This document shows positions 27,097 to 42,000 of a stretch of DNA of 64,000 nucleotides, one piece after another. A program made the position numbers and the translations under genes. The DNA is taken from NCBI RefSeq assembly GCF_001194135.2, contig NC_068990.1, forward strand, positions 17,304,022 to 17,368,021, read 5' to 3'. The notes beneath the pieces were generated by a model. It searched no databases. It saw only the letters and a list, made by a program, of their open reading frames with translations, and was not told the DNA's origin. Position 1 is the stretch's first letter. Each line of letters opens with the position of its first letter. Origin of the DNA: Octopus bimaculoides. Taxonomy: Eukaryota.

Positions 27097-30000
27097 CAGA
27101 TAGAATTATAAGCCTCCACTATGTATAGACTATAGAAAATAGTTTAATATTAGGGCATATAAAGAGAAAAAAATGGATATTTGTATGCATGGGTTCATTT
27201 CTCCTATGCATTAATGTCATTTCCAATCTTCCATAAAAACATATCTGGCCATGGGGAAATATTACTTTGCTTGGAAACAATTGAGGGTGGGCAACAGGAA
27301 GAGCATCTAGCCGTAGCAAAATCTGCCTCAATGAATTCTGTCTGACTCATACAAGTATGAAAAAGTGGATGCTAAAAACTATGATGATGAGGATGGAAAC
27401 CAAGGTGCCACATAGAAGGCACTCAGTACATTTTGTGGAGTAGATGACATTAAGAAGAGTATCCAGCTACAGAAATCAAGCCAAAACAGAGTACAGAACT
27501 TGGTGCAGCCCCTGGCCTTGCCAGCTCCTGTCAAACTGACCAACCCATGCCAGCAATGGAGAACAGACATTAAATGTTGATGATGATGATGATGATGATG
27601 ATGATATATATATATATATATATGCTTCAGTCATTTGACTGCAGCCATGCTGGGGCACTCCATCTTTAAGTATTTTTAGTCGAATAAATCAAACCTAGTA
27701 CTTTTTTTTAGGCCTGGTACTTTTTCTATCACTCTCTTTTGCCAAACTGCTAAGTTATGGGAACTTAAACACATCAACACCAGTTGTCAAGCGGGGAGAG
27801 GGACAAACATACACACATGATGGGCTTCTTTCAATTTCCATCTAACAAATCCACTCACAAGGCTTTGGTTGGCCCAAGGCTATAGTAGAAGACACTTGTC
27901 CAAGGTGTCCCGCAGTGGGACTGAACCCGGTACCATATGGATAGGAAGCAAACTTCTTACCACACAACCACACCTACACCTATATACATACATATATATA
28001 CACCTACTTGATCTTATCTTATCACATTATGCAACACTGTTGAAGTGGTTTCATGGTAATTAAAAAAAAACTTAATGAGTCATCATTCTTAATTAGGCTA
28101 CATTGAGCTATCAATCAACAGCTTATGTAGTAATTGGTTAAATGAATCCATAGTGTGAGTCACCTTCTCTCATTAGGGTTGTTGTTGTTGTTGTCATCAT
28201 TGTTTAACCCCAGGTCATCTCTGACTGAGCAAGTGTTCCAGCTATAACAATTGTCATTTTTTTTTTATTTCCAGGCATAGTGTATCTAAGATCATATTTT
28301 CCAATATATCCTTCCTTTTTAAAGATCATAGGGAGTGAATTGAGGAATATCTGACTGCTATTTCTAATATGAGAACAACCACATAGAGGCTTTAATAATA
28401 TCACTGGGATACCACTGGACAGCTATCAGTTTTCCCATAAGTAAGATGTTGTTTTACATTATATTAATGTCCAGATTCAGGCTTTGTAGTAATCCTCCAT
28501 TTTTCTCGCTCGTTGCAGGAATAATTTAGTACATAAGGAATATGTAAGTTTCCAGGCAGGCAGTTAAGGGGTCAAAATTTTTATGAATTAATCGTGCATT
28601 AACTTGCAGCTTTGAGATTTCGATGATGTGATTGTTTATTTTTGCAATGACATTGTAGGGTAGCTGGACATGGCCAGTTTGAACATAAAATAGGTACAAC
28701 ACTCGGGTCAGATATGGTCACTTTAGATGCTGTTAAAGGGTTAAAACAGGTAAGTGTTAGTGACTAGTAGGGCACCTGTCTGTAAAACTATGCTTCAATA
28801 AAATGTATTCATCTAATCCATGCTAGCATGATAAAAAAGATGTTAAACAAATGAACAAACAAAATGATGAGCTTCCACACAGTTTCTGTTTACCAAATTC
28901 CATGAACCTACAGTTGAAGACATTTGTCCAAGGCATTTTGCTGTGGCTTCAAATGTGGAATCATGTGGCTTTATCCACAAATACTATTTATGTTATTTAT
29001 CAGTAATATACTGGTATCTTATCCAGGGAGTGTTGCATCTCTCATCAGCAGAATAGCTTAATGCTTCAGGAAACTACACCATATGCCCACGGGCATATGG
29101 TGTAGTGGTTAAGAGTGCAGGCTACTGACCCCAAGATTTTGAGTTCGATACCAGGCAGTGACCTGAATAATAATAATAATAACTACAGATAAATACTAGT
29201 TTTGCAGATTTTTTTTTTCTTTCAAAAGGCAAAACTTCTATTTTAATTCAAAGCAGTCTTTGGACATATTGGAACCATGACAAACTTTTCGACCCCCACA
29301 AGCATGGAACAAGGATGTTAAATGATGATGATAATGATGACAAGAGATCCCCAACCACCATTATTAAAAGTACACGAGCACTCAGCCAGAATTTGAGAGA
29401 TGTAGGGTTCGATTCTCTGTAGTAGCTTGCTGGTTACTTTTAAAAAAGGTGACAAGATGGCAGAATGCTTAAAGGCATTTCTTGACGTTTTGAGTTCAAA
29501 TGTCACCAGGGCTGACTTTGACTTTCATCCTTTTGGGGTCAATAAAATAAGTACCAGTTGAACACTGAGGTTGATGTGATTTAACCGTGCCCCTGAAATT
29601 GCTGGCCTTGTAACAAAATTTGACATCAATATTAAAAAACACAAATAGATAGATAAACAAATACTATTGAAACTTGTGAGGAGCATTATGCTAATAATAA
29701 TAAACACACGCACTGATTTGGTCCTTTATTGCTATTGTTAGTTAATGGGTTAGTTATTCCGTTAACCAATTTGTCAATTAGTCGTTTTTTACTAGTTTTT
29801 CAAACTTATATGTTAAACACTTTGGTCAACACAATTAATCATTCAAATGTTCAGTATTGTTAGTGTTGTCATTTCATTTTTTGTCATGGTGCCATGCAGT
29901 GTAACTGAACCCAGAACCATGTGGTTGGGAAGCAAGAGATTGCAACAATGTGATGAAATAGTTATTCGACAAAAAAGAAATGACAACATTAACAATACTG

Positions 30001-33000
30001 AACATTTGAACGATTAATTGTTTCACCAAAGTGCTTAACACATGAATTTGAAAAGCTAGTAAAAAAAAAAACGGCTGATCGATAAATTGGTTAACGGAGT
30101 AACTAACCCATTAATTAACAATAACAATAAAAGACTGAACCAGTGTGTGTGTGTTTATTATTACTGGCATAATGCCCCTCCCAAGGTTCAATAGTATTTC
30201 TTTCAACACACGAATTCACATCAAGAAGCTTGCAAACCAAACACAGATATGAACTATGATAAACAAATAAATAAACAAGAATCTCTGATCAGAGAAAGAA
30301 AGCCTTACCTTGCATATTCTTTGTATTAAATCAGGTTTGTCTCTGAGGAGGCTCGGCAATGTGACATTTAATGTAACTCCAAACAAAGGACTTGGCCCAT
30401 GGTTGTATACAGCCAGCACATGAGTGACTGTTATGTTTTTAGTTTCCGAGCTCAAGAGATCAGGATTTGAGTTTCTAAGGAGACCAAAAATTGGATTTTA
30501 TAAGTAATGAGCACAAACAATTTAGTTCAAAGTAAAAACAACAAATGAAATAAAGTAATTAATTAAAGAATAATAATGACTTAACAGAAACAAGAGAGGA
30601 CAGGACAAGCTGTTTTGTGGTATTCACTTATATATCTTTCTTCTGTCTTGGAATAGTGATTCTTGAAGCTCATTGCATACAGCTATAAAGAATAGCATGT
30701 AAATATTAGATCGAAAAACGCTTTCGAATTGAAAAAGTCAAAGGATGCCCTTGAGACTTGAACCCACATGTCCTGTAAACATGACAGGCATTCTACCATT
30801 GGAACAAATTCTAAGATCAAATTCCATGGGTGCCGGCTTTGCCTTTCATCCTTCCAGGGCTAGTAAAATAGCTGTCAGTTAAGTACAAGGTTATATCTAA
30901 TTGACTAAATTCTTCTCTTAAAATAACTGGCTTGTTACCCATGCAGATGTATTTTTATCTTCAATTGCTTACTAGTTTCATTTATTGAACTGTGACCATG
31001 CTGGAGGACAACCTGGAAGGATTTCAATTGAATAATTAACCTCAATACTTATTCTATAAGTCTCTTTTGCCAAAGTGCTATGTTACAGGGACACAAACAA
31101 ACCAATACCAGTTTTCAAGCAACGGAAGGGGAAGAAACACAGACACAAAGACCCTCATCACGCGCACGCACACACACAAACACATATATACACACACACA
31201 ACAAGCTTCCTCACAAGGCAGTGGTTGGCTCAGGGCTATAGTACGAGACACTTGCCCAAGGTGCTACACAGTGGAACTGAACCTCAAATCACATGGTTGC
31301 AAAGTGAGCTTCTTAACCACACAGCCAGGTCTGCCTCTGCTAATTCTTTTATATAAGAGAATTAGAAGCAAATTGTTGGTATTTATCTCCAGATTTCATT
31401 ATTATTGCATCTTAGCTGTTCTTAATTCATATTCCATCTTTTTCCACAGCACTTTTATACATTGAAAGGAAACTGAAGTGAAGTGTAGTAAAGGGGGCAC
31501 CTCTATGTAATCAAGCAGTTAGAAATAGCAGCCAAATTGTTCTCAAATGATACCTACTCCCTTTTTGCTTCCTGTTCTATTTTCTTTTTGTTTGTTTCAA
31601 AGAAGAAAATTAAGATTATAATCAGTAATGTAATGTGAAATAAACTTCCTGACAACACAGCTTTATCATAGCTAGAATGTTTTTGAATGTAAGTTGACGC
31701 AATCAGAAGCTGGTTGGCAGTGGTGGTGGTCGCGGGGTGCCTACTACTACTACTACTGAAATGAATTAAATAGACAGAGGTGCAGGTGTAGCTGTGTGAT
31801 AAGAATCTTGCTTCCCAACCACATAGTTCTGGGTTCAGTCCCACAGTGTGACACCTTGGGAAAATGTCTTCTACTATAGCCTTGAGCCAACCAAAGCCTT
31901 GTGAGTGGATTTGGTAGACAGAAATTGATAAAAGCCTATAGACATACACACAGACACATATATGTATGTATATCCATGTTTGTGTGTGTCTTTCTGTCTG
32001 GTTTTTGTCCCCAGCTCCACTGCTTGACAACTGATGTTGGTGTGTTTGCATCCCCATAACTTAGCAGTTCAGCAAAAGAGACCAATAGAATAAGTATCAG
32101 GCTTAAAAAATAAGTACTGGGGTTGATTCATTCAACTAAAAATGCAGGACAATGCCCCAGCATGGCCGCAGTCAAATGACTGAAACAAGTAAAAGTAAAG
32201 ATAAAAGAAAAACAGAAAAAAAAAGGCAGAGAATGGAGGGGAAAACCTTACCCATAGAAATCTGTAAAAGCCTTCATCCTGTTAGGAATATTAATAGTCA
32301 TTTTATTATTTTTCAAATCTTGCGGTGTTTCAAAACTTTTTGTTTTGACACTGATATTTATAGCATTTTCTGGTTGATCAATTCTTCCGGTTGATGAGAA
32401 CCTTAAAGCAAATGTGCTGACAGTATTTTTAGGCAATGGATTGCCCAGAGTACAACGAACCATGTCTTCTTCTAGTGAGCTATCTGTTGAACATTCGAAG
32501 CCTGGTTGCACTTTAGTTTTGATGGCTTGAATGTACTGAAGATATTGGGGGAAAATGAAAGTAGCAAATGAATTATAAGCGTGATTGATGCCGTTAGACA
32601 CAATAACATTGATGTCGAATTTTTCCTCCTTCTGATACAGCAAATACTTGAGTGATGTTGAAGCAGAAACTTTAAGATCTGTTGTACATTTATCATCATC
32701 ACCACACTCAAGTTCAAATGGAATCTGGAAGGACAAAGAAAAAAAAAATTTTTTAATCACATTTTTTTTAATGTAATTTAGAAATATTTAATAAAAGTCT
32801 TTGTTGATTATTTAAACGTCTTGTAAATAAAGAAGTATAAATTGGGAAAAATTATATACATAATGTACACATGTGTGCAAGAGTGAATATCTTGACAGAT
32901 ATGTGTGTGTGTGTATTCACACACGCGCTCTGTGAAATGCAATATTTATTCATTCATGCTGTTTTTAATTAATCATGTACTATCTCGTAGCTTTGAGATA

Positions 33001-36000
33001 TAAAAGATGTGACTCTTTATTTTTAGAATGACATTTGAGCGTAATCGTTACCAGCATTGCCTTCTAGCACTTGTGTTGGTGGCACGTTATAAAATCATTC
33101 GAGCGAGGTCGTTGCCAGTGCTCCTGGACAGACTCCCATGCAGGTAGCACGTAAAAAACACCTTTTTGAGCATGGCCATTGCCAGGACCGTGTGACTGGC
33201 CCTCGTGTCGGTGGCACGTAAAAGCACCCACTACACTCTCAGAGTGGTTGGCGATAGGAAGGGCATCCAGCTGTAGAAACTCTGCCAGATCAGATTGGAG
33301 CCTGGTGTGGTCTTCTGGCTTGCCAGTCCGCAGTCAAATCGTCCAACCCATGCTAGCATGGAAAGCGGACGTTAAACGATGATGATGATGATGATGATGA
33401 TGTATGGTTGGTGTAAGAAGCTGAATCTGGCTAGTTGAACTGCCAAAGGTTGTTCAATAAAACTGCTCTCAGCTTCAATGACAGTATGTATCAACGCAGT
33501 CTCAGAAGCAACTCCATTCTTGGACCAAGTGAAGACAGAAGCGTGGTGTAGTGGTGGTAGTGGTAGATTGAACAGGCACTCTGTTGGTTGTGATGGTGAG
33601 GGTTCCTGTCGATCTGATCAGAGAAACATTCTGCTGATGAAGTTAATGAGCAAGTAGCTGAGCACTCCATGGACATGCATAATCCATGACATAGTTCTCA
33701 GAGACATTCAGCATGATACACAATGTGACAAGGCTGACCCTTTGAAATACAGGTACAATTCATTTTTGTTAGTTGAGTGGACTGGAGCAACAAAGAAAAA
33801 AAAAGAATCTTGCTTAAGGATACACCACATCTCTGGGAATTGAACTCATGATCTCACAATCATGAGCTGAATACCCTAACCATTAAGCCATGCACCTTCA
33901 CAAGCAGTGATAAATATAGTGATGGTGAGAGTGGCGGTGGTGGTGGTTGTTATTGCAGAGATGAAAATGGTGGTGGTGGGAGCAGTGATGTTGTTGGTGG
34001 TAAATGACAATGATGATGATGATGATAGCTGTTGCTGATGTTTAACTCCAGATCAGACGCATGTAAACAAATCTATAACGAAAATTATTCCAATCATGAC
34101 CATCCAATCTTATTTTCCTGCATCATTACCCCTCCATCATAACTCTTTTTAAGACAACAGTCTCGTTCAAGGGATATTTGGCTGCTATTTTTAGTGGGTC
34201 AAGCAGCAACCACGTTGACCCTGATCTGAAAGACCTATGATTAAAGTTATTTCAGCCAAGATCACCCACCCAATGTTTTTTTCAAACATAGTGTATCATG
34301 GACTTGATATTCCAAACGCTTTTTTTTTTTAATACGGTAGGATGTGATCATTCAAAAGAATTAGCTGAAGTTTCAATTATGATGATAAAGACGATGATGA
34401 TCCAGCTCTCCCACCTAAGCAATAAGTCTGTTGTTATCTCCAATAATCTCGATGTCAGGCTTCAAAATAATATAGTAGAGTCGTTAGAGCGTTTGATAGA
34501 TTGCTTTGAAAGGGGTAGTCGTTCGGGCTCTTTGCATTCTGGGTTCAAAATCTGCCGAGTTTTGGCCTTCAGCCTTCCAGGGTCGGTGAAGTACTGTATT
34601 GTACAAGAGTTGTTCCCCTTAGACTTCTGGATAATTTGTTTAATTGCCTTGCTTTGCCGCGGTCCTTCAAATACTTGATAGAGCCGTAGTCGTGACATAA
34701 CGGCGTGTCTCAGGACATTTTTGGGTCTGGCAAGGTCTATCACTTCTCGAAGTTTGATCCGGTCGATTTCTTATTGAGAGAAAGAGAGATACTGACAGAC
34801 AGGCAGAAAGAAAGTTTTAAGAATCGACCCCAGTACAATACAGTACGTCACCGACCCTGGAAGGCTGAAGGCCAAAACTCGGCAGATTTTGAACCCAGAA
34901 TGCAAAGAACCCGAACGACTACCCCTCTCAAAGCAATCTATCAAACGCTCTAACGACTCTACTATTTGAATGTCTATGACGTTAATTAAGATCACAGCAA
35001 TGCAAAATAGTCTATCACTTGTTACAACTGCACAAATATCCTTTATCGGTACTGAAATGTGCAGATATCGGTTATAGCACAAGATTCCATTTTCCCATTG
35101 TGGTATAACAGATGTTAGAAGAGCAACAGACAACTTGTTCAGAGGTCAATGGTTCACATTCTCTTCCTGACCAAGACAATTTTGAAGTAGCCAGTCGTTG
35201 GAGATGTAAAATTATCAGTGAATGTATATAAGCACAGTCATGGCTGCATAGTTAAGAAGTTCGCTTCCCAACCAGGTAATGTTAGGTTCAATCCCACTGT
35301 GTGACATGGAGCGATTTCGTTTCGTCAAACTTTATGACATACTGTGTTTTTAAACACAATATGTCTTACTGGAATCTACCCTGGACGAAATACCGCAGCT
35401 TCACAGCGTTTACTAACGCACATAAATTAAGTACGTCATATTGATAGTGTTTACATTATTTAAGCTGCTTCAAACAAAAAAATCTTCTTCTACACTATCA
35501 GGTCAACTTCCTTGTGAGTGGGTTTGGTAGACGGAAACTGAAAGAAGCTAGCCGTGTGTGTGTGTGTGTGTATTCATCATATTATGAGCAGTGTTATTCA
35601 TTTCCAATCTTCTGCAAAAATTTGTCACCGAACGTAATTTCACAGAAGATTGGAAATGAATAACACTACTCATAAGACAGTGATGAACATAAACACACAC
35701 ACACACACACAATATAGAATAGATGTACGAAACTATAACAACTAAAAAAGAAGGAAGAATTCCAACTCTTGAGACCAACCTGCAAGAGGTCACCGGTTTT
35801 ATGAGACAAAACAACCTGTTTTAACCTTTTTGTTATATTTTTTGTTAAATCACATTGTCTTTGTTTCAAATAATTTGGAAAATAAGGAAGAATTTAGTAA
35901 AAGAATTTTGTAAATTGTTAAGCTGGTATTTGAAACATAAATTAACATGAAATTTTGATTATAAGTTTTAATTAAGATCATTTTAAAACAGGCAGTTTGC

Positions 36001-39000
36001 ATCATAAAACCAGGGGCAGTCTTAGGCAGTTGGTATCAAAAGGGTTAACTTTTTCTTTACCATATTTCTGTTGAAATACATTGCCTTGTTTCAATGAATT
36101 TGGAAAATAATGAAAGAAACCCATGTTTATGTGTACGTTTGTGTTTGTCTCCTGTCACTGCTTGACAACTGGTGTTGATGTGTTTATGTCCATGTAACTT
36201 AGCAGTTCAGCAAAAGAAACTGATGGAATAAGAACCAGGCTTTATAGAAAATAAGTACAAAGGTGAATTCATTTGACTCAAAATTTTTCAAGGTGGTGCC
36301 CCAGCATGAGCACAAACGAATGACAGAAACAAGTAAAAGATTAAAAAAAAAAGAGAGCATATTTCCTTAGAAATGTGATAAAAAAAAAAGAGTAAAAATA
36401 AATAAATAAATATCCTGAAGATGATAATTTCAAGAAAGATATTTACCTTTTTTACAAAGGTCTGTGTCCTTAGTATTGGACATATTTGACAAGTGGTGTT
36501 TTTAGCCAAAGCCATTTTAATGGTGATGTGAATGGGCTGGAAAATATTTGGGTGTTCCTAAAAAGAAAAGAAAAACAAGAAAAATGTTTTGTAAGAATGC
36601 TACACAAAAAAACAAAATGTTTAACCCTTTCGTTACTGTATTTATTTTGAGATGCTCTGTGTTTCTTTCAATTAATTTTTAATATAACAAAGAAATTAGT
36701 AAAATAACTTAGTTATCATTAAGCTAGTGTTAGGAACATAAATTGTGACTAAGGTTTGGTGGAAGATTTTAATTCAAAACTTATGAAAACAAGACAAATT
36801 GTACTACAGAGCCAGAGCTGGTTTCAGCCAGGTTGATAATGAACATCACCAGTATCATCATCAACAATGTCATCATCAATGTTTAAATGTCCACTTGTCT
36901 ATGCCTGAATGGGTCTGATGGAATTTGTTGAGGCAGATTTTTTTATGTCTAGGTACCATTTCTGTTGCCAAACCTCACCTAATTCTAGGCAAGGTGATAT
37001 TCTCCATGGTCAAATAGGAATGATTGGAAATGAGTGACATGTTTTTTTATAAAAGTAACACTCATTTAAAACTATCAAGTGATGCCAAGAGAACACAGAC
37101 ACACATGCACGCACAAACATACATATGTACGTGCAAGCATGCGTGCATACATACATACACAAAGAAGTAAAAGCTAGGGTACCATGAAATGTATTTAGTG
37201 GAGTTAATTCAATTCATGGTACCCTATTTTGTGCACCAGTGAAAGAAATAACTCTTTCATCGGTTGGCTACTTCTTCATCATTATTTAATGTCTGTTAAC
37301 GTTTCTGCCAGCTCGCGGCCTTAGATATTTTTTTCTACTCTCAGCACAAGGCCCGAAACTTTAGGGGAGGGGGGGCCAATCAATTAGATCAACCCCAATA
37401 TGCAACTGGTACTTAATTTATCGACCTGGAAAGGATGAAAAGAAAAGCTGACTTCAGCAGAATTTGAACTCAGAATGTAAAGACAGATGAAATGATGCTA
37501 AGCATTTTGCCTGGCATATTAAGGATCCTACCAGCATGCCACCTTTAAACAACAATAATAATAATAGATTTTAAAAAAATAAAAGAAGAAGAACAATAAA
37601 ATAAAATAGAGAATTACAAATTACCTTTACAATAATCTGAAATTCCTTTTCAGATTTTTTCCCACTTTCAAGTTTGAAACCAAATGACTGTACACTATGC
37701 GACAAATTCATCTGAGGCTGCGAACCAGTTGCTAACTGGCCTTCGAGGTCTGAAAGTACAACACAATACCATTATTAATGCTATAATGAAAGGGCTGTGG
37801 CTTAGAGCATTTAGCAAAATGCTTTGGGGTATTATTTAGTTTCAATCCCTGATATTCTGTGTTCAAATCCTACCAAAGTCAGCTGTGATTTTTATCCATG
37901 TGAAGATCAAAACATCCATACCAATAAAGAACTGCTGTCTATTTATTGATTAAAACTATGGCTGAGATTCCTAAATGAATCTTTTTAATGTTACTTGCAC
38001 TTTAGGAGCAAAACACAGTGTAAAGTCCAAGGTAACAGAATTTCTGTGAAGGAAAGTGAGCCCAGCTTCCAAAAACACAATCATTGAACAATATTGCACA
38101 AATTCTATAATTAATGGGATGTGGGGCATGACTGTCATTGTGTCTGACACTTTGTCAACTGAAAAAGAAAGAGTAAAGGAAATAAATTGGTTTTAAATTT
38201 TGACACAAGGCCAGCAATTTTGGGGTAGGGGAGAAAATTAATTACAAAAACCTCAGTGCCCAACTGGTACTTATTTCATCAACCCTGAAAAGATGAAAGG
38301 CAAAGTCAACCTTGGTGCCATTTGAACTCAGAAGATGAAGCAAAAACAATCGGTCTCTCTTGGTCGGAAATCCAAGAAATAGTCCAAGATTGCATTCACT
38401 GGCGTGAAATAGTCATGGCCCGATGCTCCTTAAGGGGTAATGTGGACTAACTTACTGGCTAGAAGCAATAGGAAGTGAGCACTTAAACATTACATACATG
38501 AGAGACAGAAGCTGTAACCCCCACCTCCACCCCAGTTAGTAGGTTGATACATTATAGATTCAATCAACTGTGACTTCTGTAACATGAGTCTTATGGTTCA
38601 TGGGGCAGGTTAACCAGTTTCCATGGCACATAAGTGAGATCACAATAGTCCCCCTGAACCAGAAGCCAGTCTGTCACAGGGTCACACATTTACAGCAGAC
38701 TGGAGCAACATTCAGATTCCAGCTCTCAATCTTTATTGATCCAACCAAAAAGGGGCTCACTTCACAGCTGCTCAATCTCCTAGAAATAACAGCCAAATTT
38801 TATCAAGTCATGCCCTACCATCTTAAAAAAGGAAAGACAAAATGGGATAATGTGGTTCTGGATAAATAAGTTGAAATGGTCACCGTTTAAATGTTTTTGA
38901 CTGTAGATTTGCTAGGTCACGGTTGACCTGGGACCTAACAACAACAGCAAAACACAAAAATCTTTATATATCTTTTATCTTTTATTTTTTACTTGTTTTA

Positions 39001-42000
39001 ATTATTGGACTGCAGCCAAGCTGGAGCACTGCCTTGAAAGGTTTAGATGAATAAATCAATCCCAGTCCTTATTTTTAAGTCCAGTATTTATCCTACCGTT
39101 CTCTTTTGCTGAATCACTAAGTTATAGGGATGCAAACAAACCAACACCAGTTGTCAAGTGGTGGTGGGGGACAACACGCACACACACACACACACACATA
39201 CATATATGTGTGTGTGTGTGTGTGTGAGTATATAGTTAGCTTCTTCCCATTTTCCATCTACCAAATTTACTCACAGGGTATTGGTCAGTCAAGAGCTATG
39301 ATTAAAGAGATTTGCTCAAGGTGCCATGCAGAGGGACTGAACCCAGAACCATGGGAAGCAAGCTTCTTATCTCACACACACATACAAAAACTAAAAACTA
39401 AAAGGAAGACAAATTTTGATCTTACCTATTCTAGGAGGAATTTGTTTGTTATTTTGTACATAACTAAACTTTAATTTCACTTTGAAACACACAGCTTTGT
39501 TCCCATGACTTGGACAATTATACTTTGTAAAATTAATTTTCTGTGATTCAGGTAATAATTCCAGGTTTAAATCAAGCACAGGACGAGAAAATAAAAGTCT
39601 GACTTGATCTGACAAATAAGCGCCAACAAGAAAATCTGAAAAATTAGAAGAAAAAAAATTATAAATTTCATTAAACTATTTGTGACTATAATCATCATCA
39701 TTGTTTAACGTCTGTTTTCCATGCTGGCATGGGTTGGATGGTTTGATTGAGGTCTGGAGGGCCAGCAGCTGCACCAGGCTCCAATCTGATCTGGCAATGT
39801 TTCTACAGCTGGATGCCCTTCCTAATGCCAATGACTCCAAGAGTGTAGTGGGTGCTTTTTATGTGCCACCAGCACAGGAGCCAGTCAGGCGNNNNNNNNN
39901 NAGCCACGTTCAGATAGTGCTTTTTACGTGCCACTGACACAGGAGCCAGTCAGGGGGTTCTGGCATCGATCATGTTCGGGCAGTACTTTTTACGTGCCAC
40001 TGGCATGGGAGTCAGTCAGAGGGTACTGGCATTGGCTATGTATGGATGGTGCTTTTTATGTGCCACTGGCATGGGAGCCAGTCAGGTGGTCTGACATCGA
40101 TCAAAAATAATATTAAAAATTGCTAGATGTCATGGCTGGGACGCCTTTGGATACAAGTCTGCTGAACCCATATGTTACCATATTTCTGATGAAATAACAC
40201 TGCTTCTGACTGAATTAATTTAGAAAAAAAAAAAAAATGAAGAATTTAGTAAAATAACTTTACCATTATTAAGCTGGTGTTTGGATCATAAATTAACATG
40301 AAATTTTGGTGGAAGGTTTTAATTAAAATCCCTTTAAAACAGGGAGTTTGTATTATAGAACCAGGCTTGGTGTCAGGTGGGTTGGTATCAAAAGGGTTTT
40401 AAAAAATCGTTCAACATTCAAACCAACCAAATATAGTTGCTATAAAACCAGTGATTAACCAACAAAGGAGCATTTATGTAATTACTAAGTCTGCTAGAAA
40501 CAGCAACCAAATCTCCCTCAAATGACATTCTACTATTTTGGCATGGGAGAGCTATATTAGATCAGTGATTCCTAATATGAGGCATACACCCCACTGGTGG
40601 GGCCTGGGATCCAAAAATTCTTTTCTTTTTTTTAATGCGACATAGAATTATGAAAATCTTTTTTTCACAGTAAACATATAACACTGAGCGTAACCAAACC
40701 AATCCCTCCAGCCAAGCATACTATGTGAAGACTGTTTGCTACAGCATAAAGCTATTCTAATGTCCTAATGTGAATATTTCTTTAAGGAAAGTATATAATT
40801 ATGAAATATTAAAAATAAAGTTGGTTTTTTCCAACCACCAGTGGGGCATACATTTTTCTGGAAAGTTACAGTGGGGCCTGGGAGAAAAATGTGGGTAACA
40901 CTGCATTAAACAATTTAATTATAGATACACTATGTATGGAAGAAAGATAAGATGATCATGGCTGGGAGGCCTTTGATTACAGGCCTGTTTTTAGTCAGAG
41001 CTTACCTGGGACCCAACAAGAATAACAGTGAGAATTGTTCAAAATGGCCCCGCATACTTAGTGTAATGGCATGCAACAGGGTGTAGCAATTGATAACTAG
41101 TATTTTGATATGTGGTAATTAAAATAAAAATACTATCACACATAAAAACAAAATTAAAGAGAGATATTTCATACCAGGACAATTGTCTTTATTCACATCA
41201 ACAGAATCAGAAATTGAGATTCCAAATCCTTTCATGTCTTTTCCCATAGCAGCATCTTTACCAGTTATTTTCTGGGAGTATGTAGAAGGAAGTCCTTCTT
41301 TATTTGTATTGTAGATATAAATAGCTCCTTCTAGCTTATTTTCATAGGGGGCACCAATGGCAATATCTGGGGAAAAGAGAAAGAGAGATGAAAGATGAGA
41401 GAAAAATGAAAGATGGGAGAGAGAGATGAAAGATGAGTGAGAGAGAGAGAGAGAAAGAAAGATGGGAGAAAAAGATGAAAGATGAGTGAGAGAGAAAAAT
41501 GAAAGATGGGAGAGAGAGAGAGAAAGATGAAAAATGAGAGAGGGAGAGAGAAGAGAGATGAAAGATGAGTGAGAGAGAAAGAGAGAGAAAAATGAAAGAT
41601 GGGAGAAAAAGATGAAAGATGAGTGAGAGAGAAAAATGAAAGATGGGAGAGAGAGAGAGAGAGAGAAAGAAAGATGAAAAATGAGAGAGGGGGAGAGAAG
41701 AGAGANNNNNNNNNNNNNNNNNNNNNNNNNNNNNNNNNNNNNNNNNNNNNNNNNNNNNNNNNNNNNNNNNNNNNNNNNNNNNNNNNNNNGAAAGATGGGA
41801 GAAAAAGATGAAAGATGAGTGAGAGAGAAAAATGAAAGATGGGAGAGAGAGAGAGAGAGAGAGAAAGAAAGATGAAAAATGAGAGAGGGAGAGAGAAGAA
41901 AGATGAAAGATGAGTGAGAGAGAAAAATGAAAGATGGGAGAAAAAGATGAAAGATGAGAGAGAGAGAGAGAGGAGAAGAGAGATGAGAGAGAGAGAGAAA

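Noticed and set aside
39860-40090. Regularly spaced short repeats (TTTTACGTGCCAC...GGAGCCAGTCAG) with variable spacers, CRISPR-like in look
   Set aside because: Internal tandem units of a SINE family also at 33040, 52800 and 59975; eukaryotic context, no cas genes.
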